Assembly: GCA_015064415.1 (NCBI GenBank)
Contig: SVSG01000008.1
Coordinates: forward strand, 13,306 to 77,305
DNA from: Oscillospiraceae bacterium
GTDB taxonomy: Bacteria > Bacillota > Clostridia > Oscillospirales > CAG-272
DNA length: 64,000 nt
Direction of reading: 5' to 3'
The position numbers and the translations under genes were made by a program. Positions 53,608-63,715 of this stretch are shown here, piece after piece (the first letter of the stretch is position 1; every line of letters starts with the position of its first letter). The notes beneath the pieces were generated by a model that saw nothing but the letters and a program-made list of their open reading frames with translations, was not told the origin of the DNA and made no database searches.

Positions 53608-55296
53608 ATGAAACAAAGATTTTTATGCTTATTGCTGGCACTCTTGATGCTGTTCTCGCTCACGCTTGTCTCTTGCGACAAGGACCCCGTCGATTCCAAT
53701 CCGCCGAGCAACGGCGAGGGTGATGGCGGTGGCGGCAATGGCGGCGGTCAGACGGGCACGGAAGACACCTCCACAACCGAGCATTACCTGCCCGAGGCGC
53801 TGTTTGCCAACGTGAAGGAGGCGTATGAGAAGTCGGATGCCTCCAATTTCCCCGCGCTGAATTATGACGAGGCCCCCTTTGCCATCGCCGACGATGCCTT
53901 TGCCGGCAAGAAGATCACTGAGATCACATTGCCCGTGCAGGAAACGGGCGCGGCGGATGCCGACGGCAATCTTTGCTTCACGCTGTACGTGATGCCGAAT
54001 ACCTACGAGGCATTGAGCGATGACGCGAAGACGGGTGTGACCGCACACACGGTCAAGATCAAGCCCGCAGACTATGGTCTTGAGGCGGGCAAAAAGGCCG
54101 TTTGCAAATACATCACCGTGGATCTCACCTCCTACAAGCTGCAACTGACCGAAGCGCAGACCATCGCCATCGGCGCGAAGGAGGATACGGTCATGATCGC
54201 GGCAATGGACACCTCCGCCACCACAAGCGCAACGGCCGAGGTGATCAAGGACTGGCGCGAGCAATGGCTCGTGACGGGCTATCACATCAATCTTTTTAAG
54301 GGCGCCTTGGGTAAGGAAAACGGCGGCGTGTATTTTACCCGCGACAGCTTGCCCGTTGACTTTGTGTTCGATTATGGCACGCCCGCGGCAAAGAAGGCCG
54401 TGCTGGATGCCCGCAAGGCCGAGGAGGACGCCTACGCCGCCAAGCTTGCGGCTGTGGCCGAAGCGTATGACGGCAAGTATCTGTCGCTGATCGGTGACAG
54501 CATCTCCAGCTTCCGCGGTATCTGCGATAATACCGATTACAACGCCGCGCTGATCAACAACCGTTGCTATTACGGCGCAAGCTACATGAACGATTACACC
54601 CAGATGTACTGGGGCCGCCTTGCATACGAGTGCAACATGGAGCTTTGCGTCATCAACGGCTGGAGCACGTCGAGAGTCTACGGCGGCGGTTCGGATAAAA
54701 ACGACCACTCGGATGCCACGCTGGACAATATGCTGGTGCGCTCCACCACCCTGCATAATAAGGAAGGTCAGAGCCCCGATCTGATCGTGCTGTATATGGG
54801 CACCAACGATATCGGCCATTCGAAGACCTGGTCGGATCTTTACGATCGCTTGGAGGCACGCGGCAGCAAGACGCAAAAGGAGATCGTGGCAGAATGGCTG
54901 GAGGGTGTTCATAGTACCTATCAGGCAAATTCGGGCAATGGCGTGCAGCCCGGCAAGACGTATAAGAGCTGGGAGGCGGCCTATGCGCTGTCGCTGGAGC
55001 GCATGCAGTACAATTATCCCGATGCCGAGATCTGCATTGTCAATCTGATCCAGACGAACAATACCGTCCGTACCGGGGAGCTGGTTCACAAGGCCAACGT
55101 GTGTCTTGCGGCACTTGCCGAATACTACGGCGTGATGGTCGCGGATCAGGCCAATAACACCGTCAATCGCGGCAATTGCCATTATTACGGCGCGGATGAG
55201 GCCACTCCCCAGTCCCTGCACCCCAATCTGATGGGGCACGCTATGCTTACCAAGCTGATCGTTGAAACGCTTTACGAAAATCTTCCCAAGGATTGA
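53608..55296 (+). CDS. SGNH/GDSL-hydrolase lipoprotein, copy 1
   Basis: AAGGAG lies 7 nt upstream of the ATG. Lipobox LVSCDK. LIGDSISSFRG (GDS block) and C-terminal HPNLMGHAML (DxxH-type block). Confidence 0.7.
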   Translation: MKQRFLCLLLALLMLFSLTLVSCDKDPVDSNPPSNGEGDGGGGNGGGQTGTEDTSTTEHYLPEALFANVKEAYEKSDASNFPALNYDEAPFAIADDAFAGKKITEITLPVQETGAADADGNLCFTLYVMPNTYEALSDDAKTGVTAHTVKIKPADYGLEAGKKAVCKYITVDLTSYKLQLTEAQTIAIGAKEDTVMIAAMDTSATTSATAEVIKDWREQWLVTGYHINLFKGALGKENGGVYFTRDSLPVDFVFDYGTPAAKKAVLDARKAEEDAYAAKLAAVAEAYDGKYLSLIGDSISSFRGICDNTDYNAALINNRCYYGASYMNDYTQMYWGRLAYECNMELCVINGWSTSRVYGGGSDKNDHSDATLDNMLVRSTTLHNKEGQSPDLIVLYMGTNDIGHSKTWSDLYDRLEARGSKTQKEIVAEWLEGVHSTYQANSGNGVQPGKTYKSWEAAYALSLERMQYNYPDAEICIVNLIQTNNTVRTGELVHKANVCLAALAEYYGVMVADQANNTVNRGNCHYYGADEATPQSLHPNLMGHAMLTKLIVETLYENLPKD

Positions 55297-55334
55297 TTTT
55301 AAATAAATTTATATCAAACGTAAGGAGATATGAC

Positions 55335-57011
55335 ATGAAACAAAGACTTTTATGCTTATTGCTGGCACTTTTGATGCTGTTCCCGCTTACCCTTGTGGCC
55401 TGCGATAAAGACCCTGCCGATCCCAACACGCCGAACAACGGCGGCAGCGGCGGCCAGGCAGGAACGGTGGACACCGATTCGACCGAGCATTATTTGCCCG
55501 AGGAGCTGTTTGCCGCCGTGAAAACGGCGTACGAGAAAAAGGATGCCGGCAATTTTCCCGCGCTGAATTACAATGAAGCGCCCTTTGCCATTGCCGATGA
55601 TGCCTTTGCCGGCAAGAAGATCGTTGAGATCACGCTGCCCGTGCAGAAGACGGGTGAGGCGGATGCAGACGGAAATCTTTGCTTTACGCTTTACGTGATG
55701 CCGAATACGTACGTCGCCCTGATCAGCGCAAAGAAGACGGACGTGACCGAGCACAAGATCAAGATCAAGCCCGCGGACTACGGTCTGGAGGCGGACAAAA
55801 AGCTGGTTTGCAAGTACATCACCGTGAATCTGACCTCCTATGATCTGCAGTTGACCGAGGGGCAGACCCTTGCCATCGGCGCAAAGGAGGATACGGTCAT
55901 GATCGCGGGGATGGATACCTCCTCCACCACAAGCTCGACTGCAAAGGTGATCAAGGATTGGCGCGAGCAATGGCTTGTGACGGGCTATCACCTTAATTTG
56001 TTCAAGGGGGCCAAGGGCAAAGAGAACGGCGGCATGTATTTCACCCGCGACAGCTTGCCTGTTGACTTTGTGTTCGATTATGGCACGCCCGCGGCAAAGA
56101 AGGCCGTGTTGGATGCCCGCAAGGCCGAGGAGGATGCCTACGCCGCCAAGCTTGCGGCTGTGGCCGAGGCATATGACGGCAAGTATCTGTCGCTGATGGG
56201 TGACAGCATTTCCAGCTTCCGCGGTATCACGGATAATACCGATTACAGCGGTGCGCTGATCAATAACCGTTGCTATTACGGTGCCAGCTATATGAACGAT
56301 TATACCCAGATGTACTGGGGCCGCCTTGCGTACGAGTGCAACATGGAGCTTTGCGTGATCAACGGCTGGAGCTCCTCGAAGGTCTATGGCGGCGGTCAGG
56401 ACAAAAATGACCGCGTGGATGCCACGCAGGACAATATGCTGGTGCGCTCCACCACCCTGCATAACAAGGACGGTCAGAACCCCGATCTGATCATTCTGTA
56501 TATGGGTATCAACGATGTCAACACCAAGCATTGGTCTGATCTTTACGATCGCCTTGAGGCACGCGGCAGCAAGACTCAGAAGGAGATCGTGGCAGAATGG
56601 CTGGAGGGTGTCCATAGTACCTATCAGGCAAATTCGGACAACGGCGTGCAGCCCGGTAAGACTTATACAAGCTGGGAGGCATCCTATGCGCTGTCATTGG
56701 AACGTATGCAGTACAATTATCCGGATGCGGAAATTTACATTATGAATCTCACGCGCAGCCAGCACAGCACCGGCGCCGAGGAGGCGGGTAAGCAGAAGAT
56801 CCTGAAGGCAAATACCTGCCTTGCCGCCCTTGCCGAGTATTACGGCGTGAAGATCATTGACCAGGCAAAGAGCGAAGTCAATTACGACAACTGTCATCTG
56901 TACGGCGCGGACGAGGCCAATCCCACGGCCCTGCACCCCAATCTGATGGGCCATGCCATGATGACCAAGCTGATCGTTGAAACGCTTTACGAAAACCTGC
57001 CTAAGGATTAA
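55335..57011 (+). CDS. SGNH/GDSL-hydrolase lipoprotein, copy 2 (tandem paralog)
   Basis: Same leader/RBS sequence as copy 1. Lipobox LVACDK. LMGDSISSFRG. Most residues identical to copy 1. Confidence 0.7.
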   Translation: MKQRLLCLLLALLMLFPLTLVACDKDPADPNTPNNGGSGGQAGTVDTDSTEHYLPEELFAAVKTAYEKKDAGNFPALNYNEAPFAIADDAFAGKKIVEITLPVQKTGEADADGNLCFTLYVMPNTYVALISAKKTDVTEHKIKIKPADYGLEADKKLVCKYITVNLTSYDLQLTEGQTLAIGAKEDTVMIAGMDTSSTTSSTAKVIKDWREQWLVTGYHLNLFKGAKGKENGGMYFTRDSLPVDFVFDYGTPAAKKAVLDARKAEEDAYAAKLAAVAEAYDGKYLSLMGDSISSFRGITDNTDYSGALINNRCYYGASYMNDYTQMYWGRLAYECNMELCVINGWSSSKVYGGGQDKNDRVDATQDNMLVRSTTLHNKDGQNPDLIILYMGINDVNTKHWSDLYDRLEARGSKTQKEIVAEWLEGVHSTYQANSDNGVQPGKTYTSWEASYALSLERMQYNYPDAEIYIMNLTRSQHSTGAEEAGKQKILKANTCLAALAEYYGVKIIDQAKSEVNYDNCHLYGADEANPTALHPNLMGHAMMTKLIVETLYENLPKD

Positions 57012-57026
57012 TTTCATTGATGAAAG

Positions 57027-57061
57027 ATCCCCGCGCGGCGTTCAGCCGCGCGGGGATTTTC
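57027..57061 (+). terminator. Intrinsic terminator
   Basis: atccccgcgcggc-gttca-gccgcgcggggat plus ttt. Confidence 0.7.
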
Positions 57062-57195
57062 CTTTACTTTGTGGGAATGGTCAAATATAGCACGCTGTTT
57101 TTTGGGGAAATTGTCTCTTGTATAAAAATTCCTTTTATGGTAAAATATTAATAGAAGTATCCGCTTTTTTACCGCAAAGGAAGGAGACCGCAGGC

Positions 57196-57702
57196 ATGTT
57201 TGAGAAAGGCGAGTATATCGTGTATGGCGTCAACGGCATTTGTCGCGTGGAGGAGATCTGTGCTTCCCCCTTTGACAAAAACGACACGCGCACCTACTAT
57301 TTGCTTGTTCCCGTGCACAACCCGATGGGCTCTACCATCTATACGCCCGTGGACAATCAGCGCGTACCGATGCGCCGATTGATGACAGCAGAAGAAATTG
57401 ATGCGTTGATCGCGAAAATGCCCCGAGTGGAGCTGCTGGACGTTCCCGTGGAAAAGCAGCGGCGCGAGACGTATCGCACCACCATTGCAGATCTGCGCCC
57501 CGAGGGGTACGTCAGCGTGATCAAGACCGTACACAGGCGGCGCGAGGAGCTGACCGCCGCACGCAAGCACGTGCCCGTCTCCGATCTGGAATACGGCCGT
57601 CTTGCCAAGCATTTGCTGTATAGCGAGTGCGCCCACGTCCTTGGGATGGAGGAGGATGGCATCGAGGCCTACATCGAAGAAAAGCTTGCCATGGCTGAAT
57701 AA
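57196..57702 (+). CDS. CarD/CdnL/TRCF-domain family transcriptional regulator
   Basis: AAGGAG lies 9 nt upstream of the ATG. N-terminus FEKGEYIVYGVNGICRVEEI is typical of the CarD_TRCF domain. Confidence 0.65.
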   Translation: MFEKGEYIVYGVNGICRVEEICASPFDKNDTRTYYLLVPVHNPMGSTIYTPVDNQRVPMRRLMTAEEIDALIAKMPRVELLDVPVEKQRRETYRTTIADLRPEGYVSVIKTVHRRREELTAARKHVPVSDLEYGRLAKHLLYSECAHVLGMEEDGIEAYIEEKLAMAE

Positions 57703-57714
57703 AGTAATATGTGC

Positions 57715-57750
57715 AAAAAGCTCCTGCCCTTTTGGGGCGGGAGCTTTTTG
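57715..57750 (+). terminator. Intrinsic terminator
   Basis: aaaaagctcctgccc-ttttg-gggcgggagcttttt. Confidence 0.65.
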
Positions 57751-57835
57751 CAACAGAACACCACCCGCGTGGCGGGAGATGATTTGGACGAGGGGGGATG
57801 ATGTTTGCTTGCTTTTCTTCTTCGCACGTTTTATC

Positions 57836-57864
57836 TTGACTTTTGGTTTGGAATATCGTATAAT
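57836..57864 (+). promoter_or_regulatory. Sigma-A promoter for proC
   Basis: TTGACT (57836-57841), 17 nt, TATAAT (57859-57864). Confidence 0.65.
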
Positions 57865-57898
57865 AAAGCATATAGAAAAAGCAAGGAGGTCTTGCAGT

Positions 57899-58678
57899 AT
57901 GAAGCTTGGGTTTATCGGAATGGGGAATATGGGAGCAGCGCTGGCGCGCGGATTTCTTTCTTCTGGAAAAATAAAAGGACACGATATCATTGTTTTTGAC
58001 AAAAACGCAGAGAAATTGGAAAATGTAATAAAAGAATTGGAATGTTTTGGCGCAAGATCTGAAAAAGAGGTCGCGGAGCGTTCCGATATGGTGATCATGG
58101 CTTGCAAGCCCTATCACGTGGAGGGGGCGCTTGCCGCTGCGGGCGAAGCGCTTTGCGGCAAGGCGCTGCTTTCCATCGCGCTTGGCTGGGATCACGCTGC
58201 TTATCGTGCGGTGTTGCCCGAGAGCGTGCGCGTGCAGTTCGTGATGCCCAATACGCCCGCTATGGTGGGGGAAGGGATGTTCTTGTTTGAAAAGACAAAT
58301 TCCTTCACCGAAGAGGAGCTTGCCTTTGCGCTTGCGCTTTTTGCTGCCATTGGCGAGGTGGAAACACTGCCCACCGATCTGATGGGAATCGGCGGTGCGC
58401 TTTCCGGTTGCGGTCCCGCCTTCGTGGATCTTTTGATCGAAAGCTTTGCCGATGCGGGCGTGCTTTACGGTATGCCGCGCGACAAGGCATATAAATTGGT
58501 GGCACAGACCGTGAAGGGGGCCGCCAAGCTTCAGCTGGAAACGGGGATGCACCCGGGAGTCCTCAAGGATATGGTCTGCTCGCCCGGCGGCTCCACCATC
58601 CGCGGCGTCGCGGCTCTGGAGCACAACGGCATGCGCAGTGCGTGCATTTCCGCCATCGAAGCCATTATGGAGACCTGA
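57899..58678 (+). CDS. proC: Pyrroline-5-carboxylate reductase
   Basis: AAGGAGG RBS. MKLGFIGMGNMGAAL Rossmann start. C-terminal CSPGGSTIRGVAALE motif. Confidence 0.85.
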   Translation: MKLGFIGMGNMGAALARGFLSSGKIKGHDIIVFDKNAEKLENVIKELECFGARSEKEVAERSDMVIMACKPYHVEGALAAAGEALCGKALLSIALGWDHAAYRAVLPESVRVQFVMPNTPAMVGEGMFLFEKTNSFTEEELAFALALFAAIGEVETLPTDLMGIGGALSGCGPAFVDLLIESFADAGVLYGMPRDKAYKLVAQTVKGAAKLQLETGMHPGVLKDMVCSPGGSTIRGVAALEHNGMRSACISAIEAIMET

Positions 58679-58687
58679 TAAACGCAA

Positions 58688-58724
58688 AAACGTCCCCGCC
58701 AAGCATAGCTTGGCGGGGACGTTT
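58688..58724. terminator. Bidirectional terminator between convergent genes
   Basis: aaacgtccccgccaagc-ata-gcttggcggggacgttt. Confidence 0.7.
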
Positions 58725-58729
58725 GCTTT

Positions 58730-60679
58730 TTATTGCATCACGTGTTGATTTTGGGCAATGCGCTGGATAAAGCGGAAGCATTGCCACTGATCCAGATAGC
58801 GCATCAGCTCCGGCTCGTGCTTGCCCATTGCCACGCGCATTTCCTCGGCGCATTGCAGGGCATTTGCATCCTCGCCACGTGCCTTCATCGCAAGGAAGCG
58901 GGAAAGGGGCTTTAAGTAGCTTGCGAAAAGCTCCACCAAGCGCAGCGAGGTAGCTTGCACAAGCTCCGTGCAGGGGCGATTGGCGGCGACAAGGGCAAGC
59001 GCCTCGTCGGCAAGTGCGGCGGCACTCTCCAACTGTGCGGCAAGGGCGGGGTTGTAAAAATTCCGCGAGCTGCCGGGGGTGACGGCTGTGCCAAGCTCGC
59101 CCTCCATAAACTTCATCGGAATTGCCTTCTCCACCTTTTCAAAAAAGGCAAGGAAGTCCTTGTAGCTCTCGCCAAAGGCGTGCGAGAAGTAGTCTGCGGC
59201 GATCTCCTCAAAGGAAAGGGAACGGTCAAAATGCGTTCTTGCGTGTACGTAGTAGGCAAATCCGTGCGGGAAGAAGCTGCGCTGCGAGCCGCATTGAATG
59301 AGGCCGTCAATGCCAACGCCCTGGTACACGCCCACGTCCTCGTAAATGCGCTTGGCAAGCGCCATGCCGGAGGGATCGTAGTGCTGATGCTGCCAGAAGT
59401 GATATTCATAGCAAAGGCTGGTGCCGTCCCACGTCTTTTTCCAGTCTGCAAAATAGGCAAGATAGTCGTTCAACGTTTTGGGCATCGTGTTTTTGTTGTG
59501 TTGGAAGGGAATCGTCTTGGCATTCACGCACCCGTCGGGGAGCGTGGAGGTGTAGCTGCGCGAGATGGGGGCCAGCATCAAGGTGAAGCGATCGGGGTTT
59601 TGGATCTTTTCGACAAGCGGCGCCCAGCTGGTGTCGACGTAGGCGATGAAAACGATCCTTGCGGCAAGATTTTTGGCAGAAAGCGCCGCGTCAATGTCGT
59701 TCATCAGCACCATATACCAGTCAGAGGGCGTTTTTTGGCGGCAAGCGTCGCACTCGCAATGGTTGTTGTGCGCATCGGCCAGCCACACGTGGATATAGTC
59801 GGCATTCGGGTGCTTTTGCGCGTAATCCGTGATGTAAGCCGCCACCTTGGCGCGCGCCCGCGGATTAGACATACAGAAATTGGTGTTGATCGGGCTACCG
59901 CCGAAAAAGGCGCGCTTGCTGTCGATCATGGCAAGGCACTCACGGTTCTCGGGGGTGAGGGCATCCTCGGGGATTGCCGTCCACGCCTCCGTGGTGTCCA
60001 CGCCGAAGGGCTCGATGGTGAAGCCGTGCCCCATCGTGTGCAGCTGCAGACCGCGTTTGGCGGCCTCGGCCTCGCACTCGCTTGTCCATTGCATCACCTG
60101 CTCCTTGGTGATCGCAAGCGGGGCAAAGTTTTCCTCGTTGCGGCTGTGCGCGTAATAACGGTTGTAAAAGGTCTTGGGCACGCGAAACTGGATCATCATC
60201 ACGTTCATACCCACCTTGGGCGTGAAATCGATCATTTCCGGCATCGTATCGCGCGCCATAGCGCCCTCATTGCACCATCCGCGATAGCGCAGGGAGGGCA
60301 CGTGGCGCAGCTTGACGGGCTTTACTGTCTGCTTGGGAATATACTCGCCGTCAGGACCGGGGAAGAGCCATCTGCACCCGTTTCTTCGCAGATACTCATA
60401 CACGGCAAGCAGGACGCTGCGCGGGTTGTCACCCGCGATCACGCCGCCCGTCTTGTCGGTGTCCAGATACAGAATGTCATCCAGCACGGTGTCGCGCACG
60501 TCCGAGACGTCAAGCCCCATTTCCTGCATCAGCCCAAGGCGAAAGCCCTCCTTGGCGGCGGGGTCAAAGGCGATCTTGATCTCGCCTGCCTCCGGCATCA
60601 TCATGCGCAAATATTTTTTTAATTCTTCAGCGGCAAAAAACAGCACGCTGTCGGGATTGGTGACAAAAATGCGAAACAT
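58730..60679 (-). CDS. DUF4838-like putative glycoside hydrolase
   Basis: 649 aa. N-terminus FAAEELKKYLRMM...GDNPRSVLLAVYEYLRRNGCRWLFPG resembles DUF4838 proteins. Confidence 0.5.
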   Translation of the reverse strand: MFRIFVTNPDSVLFFAAEELKKYLRMMMPEAGEIKIAFDPAAKEGFRLGLMQEMGLDVSDVRDTVLDDILYLDTDKTGGVIAGDNPRSVLLAVYEYLRRNGCRWLFPGPDGEYIPKQTVKPVKLRHVPSLRYRGWCNEGAMARDTMPEMIDFTPKVGMNVMMIQFRVPKTFYNRYYAHSRNEENFAPLAITKEQVMQWTSECEAEAAKRGLQLHTMGHGFTIEPFGVDTTEAWTAIPEDALTPENRECLAMIDSKRAFFGGSPINTNFCMSNPRARAKVAAYITDYAQKHPNADYIHVWLADAHNNHCECDACRQKTPSDWYMVLMNDIDAALSAKNLAARIVFIAYVDTSWAPLVEKIQNPDRFTLMLAPISRSYTSTLPDGCVNAKTIPFQHNKNTMPKTLNDYLAYFADWKKTWDGTSLCYEYHFWQHQHYDPSGMALAKRIYEDVGVYQGVGIDGLIQCGSQRSFFPHGFAYYVHARTHFDRSLSFEEIAADYFSHAFGESYKDFLAFFEKVEKAIPMKFMEGELGTAVTPGSSRNFYNPALAAQLESAAALADEALALVAANRPCTELVQATSLRLVELFASYLKPLSRFLAMKARGEDANALQCAEEMRVAMGKHEPELMRYLDQWQCFRFIQRIAQNQHVMQ

Positions 60680-61001
60680 AAAGGGAAGCTCCTTGCTCTT
60701 TTTTCTCCATTATAGCAAGCAAACGGAGCAAAGTCAATGCGGTTTTGCCACTTACATCATCGACTTTTCGTAGAACAAAAAGGCGGTCATTTTTTTGTTC
60801 GTCAATATGCCGAAAAACTGCACTTGTAAAATATTGACCTTATCTTTGCTATATTTTTAACAATCCCTTGCTTTTCGGGGCAATATCGCGCAACATAGTT
60901 AAAAAATAAACAAACTGCCAACAAGAAAGTGCTATCTTTTTTGGGGCGGTTTGTGATAAAATAATACACGTTAAATTGTAATATGGAAGGGATGAACTTG
61001 A

Positions 61002-62462
61002 ATGAAGTTTGATGTTGTGGTGATCGGTGCCGGCGTGGTCGGCGCTCTCGTCGCAAGAGAGCTTTCGCGCTACGAGCTGAAGGTAGCGCTTCTGGAGCGC
61101 TCGGATGACGTGGCCGCAGGCGCTTCTCGCGCCAACAGCGGCATCGTACACGGCGGCTTTGACCCCGTGCCGGGTACCAGAAAGGCAGAGCTTAATCTGC
61201 GCGGCACGATGATGATGCCCGCGCTCACGGCTGAGCTTGGCGTATCTTATCGAAACAACGGCTCGTTGGTGCTGGCGTTCTCTGAGGAGGAGGCCGCACG
61301 CGTGCGTGCACTTTACGATCGCGGCATTGCCAACGGCGTGCCGGGGCTGTCTATTCTTTCGCGCGAGGAGGTCTTCGCGCTGGAGCCGAACGTCTCCCGC
61401 GAGGTCGTGGCCGCGCTTCGTTGCACCTCGTCGGGCATCGTGTGCCCCTACGGTCTGACGATCGCCGCCGTGGGCAATGCGATGGACAACGGCGTAAAGC
61501 TGATCTGCAATTTTGAGGTGGACCACATCTGCCATACCGCAGACGGCTACGTGATCTATGCGGGTGACCGCAAGGTAGAAAGCGATTACATCGTGAACTG
61601 TGCGGGGCTGTTTGCCGACCGTGTGGCCGCGATGGTAGGGGACACGGGATACAATCTGATCCCCCGCATGGGCGAATATATGCTGCTGGATCACGCGGCG
61701 CGTGATCTTTGCTCGCATACTCTTTTCCAGGTGCCGACTGCCGCAGGTAAGGGAATTCTGGTCTCCCCCACGGCGGATGGTAACATTCTGATCGGCCCCA
61801 CCTCCGTGGAGGTGGAAAACCGCGACCGCGACCACCGCGACACCAGCGCCGCGGGACTTGCCATCATTCGTCGCGCCGCCGAAAAGAGTGTACCGCAGAT
61901 CCCGTGGCGACAGATCATCACCTCCTTTACGGGGCTTCGCGCTTCGCTGGAGGGTGGGGATGACTTCGTGATCGAGGCAAGCAAAAACGCATCCGGCGTG
62001 GTACATGCCATCGGTATCGACTCGCCCGGACTTTCCTCCGCACCCGCCATTGCCAAGGAGCTTGTGGCGCTGCTGCAGGGCGAGGGTCTTGTGTGCAAAA
62101 ACAAGGAAAGCTTTTGCGGCACGCGCCCCTCTTATCACGCGTTTGCCAACCTCAGCGATGAGGAGAAAAATGCCAAAATTGCAGAAAATCCCGCATACGG
62201 TCACGTGATTTGCCGTTGCGAGGTGATCACGGAGGGCGAGATCGTGGATGCCATCCACCGCAATCCCCCCGCACGCTCGATGGACGCCGTGAAGCGCCGC
62301 GTGCGCACCGGTATGGGACGTTGCCAGGGCGGATTCTGCACCACCTACATCACCGAAATTCTGGCGCGCGAGCTTGGCATCCCCGTTGGTGAGGTGACCA
62401 AGTTTGGCGAGGGCTCGGAGCTTTTGCGCGGATTTACCAAGGAAGAGGAGGAATGGCTATGA
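61002..62462 (+). CDS. FAD-dependent oxidoreductase (GlpA/glycerol-3-phosphate dehydrogenase-like) with a BFD-like [2Fe-2S] domain
   Basis: FDVVVIGAGVVGALVAREL dinucleotide fold. C-terminal CRCEVITEGEI...GMGRCQGGFC. Confidence 0.75.
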   Translation: MKFDVVVIGAGVVGALVARELSRYELKVALLERSDDVAAGASRANSGIVHGGFDPVPGTRKAELNLRGTMMMPALTAELGVSYRNNGSLVLAFSEEEAARVRALYDRGIANGVPGLSILSREEVFALEPNVSREVVAALRCTSSGIVCPYGLTIAAVGNAMDNGVKLICNFEVDHICHTADGYVIYAGDRKVESDYIVNCAGLFADRVAAMVGDTGYNLIPRMGEYMLLDHAARDLCSHTLFQVPTAAGKGILVSPTADGNILIGPTSVEVENRDRDHRDTSAAGLAIIRRAAEKSVPQIPWRQIITSFTGLRASLEGGDDFVIEASKNASGVVHAIGIDSPGLSSAPAIAKELVALLQGEGLVCKNKESFCGTRPSYHAFANLSDEEKNAKIAENPAYGHVICRCEVITEGEIVDAIHRNPPARSMDAVKRRVRTGMGRCQGGFCTTYITEILARELGIPVGEVTKFGEGSELLRGFTKEEEEWL

Positions 62463-63715
62463 GAACGTGTGACATCGTGATCATCGGCGGCGGCCCTGCG
62501 GGCATGGCCGCGGCGCTCGGTGCCTATGAGGCGGGGGCGCGTGACATTCTGATCGTGGAGCGCGACGGTGCGCTCGGCGGTATTCTGCAGCAATGTATCC
62601 ACAACGGATTTGGTCTGCACCGCTTTGGAGAGGAGCTGACGGGCCCCGAGTACGCGGCGCGTTACGCCCGCGAGGTCATTGAGAAGAAAATTCCGTATCT
62701 GCTTAACACCATCGTGCTTTCCGTCTCGCCCGAAAAGGTTGTGACGCTGATGAGCGAAGGGGGGGGCCTTACCCACATTCAGGCGAAGTCCATCGTGCTG
62801 GCAATGGGATGCCGCGAGCGTAGCCGCGGTGCCCTCAACATTCCCGGTGCGCGCCCCGCAGGTATCTATACCGCGGGTACGGCACAGCGTTTTGTGAACA
62901 TCAAGGGGATGATGCCCGGCAAGGACGTGGTGATCCTCGGCTCGGGTGATATCGGCCTGATCATGGCACGCCGTATGACGCTGGAGGGCGCACGCGTGCG
63001 CGCCGTCTGCGAGCTGATGCCTTATTCCGGCGGTCTGAACCGCAACATCGTGCAGTGCCTGCAGGACTTTGATATTCCGCTGAAATTGAGCCATACGGTG
63101 TCGAAAATTCACGGCAAGGGACGTATCAAGGGCGTGACTGTCTCCCGCGTGGATGAAAAGCTGCAGCCCATCGAAGGGGAGAGCGAATATATTCCCTGCG
63201 ACACCCTGCTTCTTTCCTGCGGTCTGATCCCCGAAAACGAGCTGACGACCGAGGCGGGCATCCCGCTTGACCGCGTGACGGGAGGTGCCGTGGTGAACGA
63301 GCGCCGTGAGACCGCGCTCCCCGGTGTTTTTGCCTGCGGCAACGTGCTGCACGTGCATGACCTGGTGGACTACGTTTCCGAGGAGGCGGAGCTTGCAGGT
63401 AAAGCAGCCGCCGCATACGTGGCAGGGGAAAGCGCCCCCGCACAAGAGAAAACAACGCTTGCTGTTGCAGGCGGCGTGCGCTATACCGTGCCGCAGTGCA
63501 TCAACAAGGGTGCAGGCGAGGTGCGCGTGTACTTCCGCGTGGGACGTGTGATGAAAAATGCGACCGTGACCGTCAAGGTGGGGGATGAGGTGCTGTTCCA
63601 AAAGAAGAAGCGCAAGATGGCCCCCGGTGAGATGGAGTGCATCGTGCTGCCCGCCGAAACGGTGGCAAAGCTTGGCGATACGGCTGTGGTCTCGGCCGAG
63701 GAGGAAAACGTATGA
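62453..63715 (+). CDS. NAD(P)/FAD-dependent pyridine-nucleotide-disulfide-type oxidoreductase
   Basis: CDIVIIGGGPAGMAAAL and VVILGSGDIGL dinucleotide motifs. Overlaps both neighbours. Confidence 0.75.
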   Translation: MAMRTCDIVIIGGGPAGMAAALGAYEAGARDILIVERDGALGGILQQCIHNGFGLHRFGEELTGPEYAARYAREVIEKKIPYLLNTIVLSVSPEKVVTLMSEGGGLTHIQAKSIVLAMGCRERSRGALNIPGARPAGIYTAGTAQRFVNIKGMMPGKDVVILGSGDIGLIMARRMTLEGARVRAVCELMPYSGGLNRNIVQCLQDFDIPLKLSHTVSKIHGKGRIKGVTVSRVDEKLQPIEGESEYIPCDTLLLSCGLIPENELTTEAGIPLDRVTGGAVVNERRETALPGVFACGNVLHVHDLVDYVSEEAELAGKAAAAYVAGESAPAQEKTTLAVAGGVRYTVPQCINKGAGEVRVYFRVGRVMKNATVTVKVGDEVLFQKKKRKMAPGEMECIVLPAETVAKLGDTAVVSAEEENV

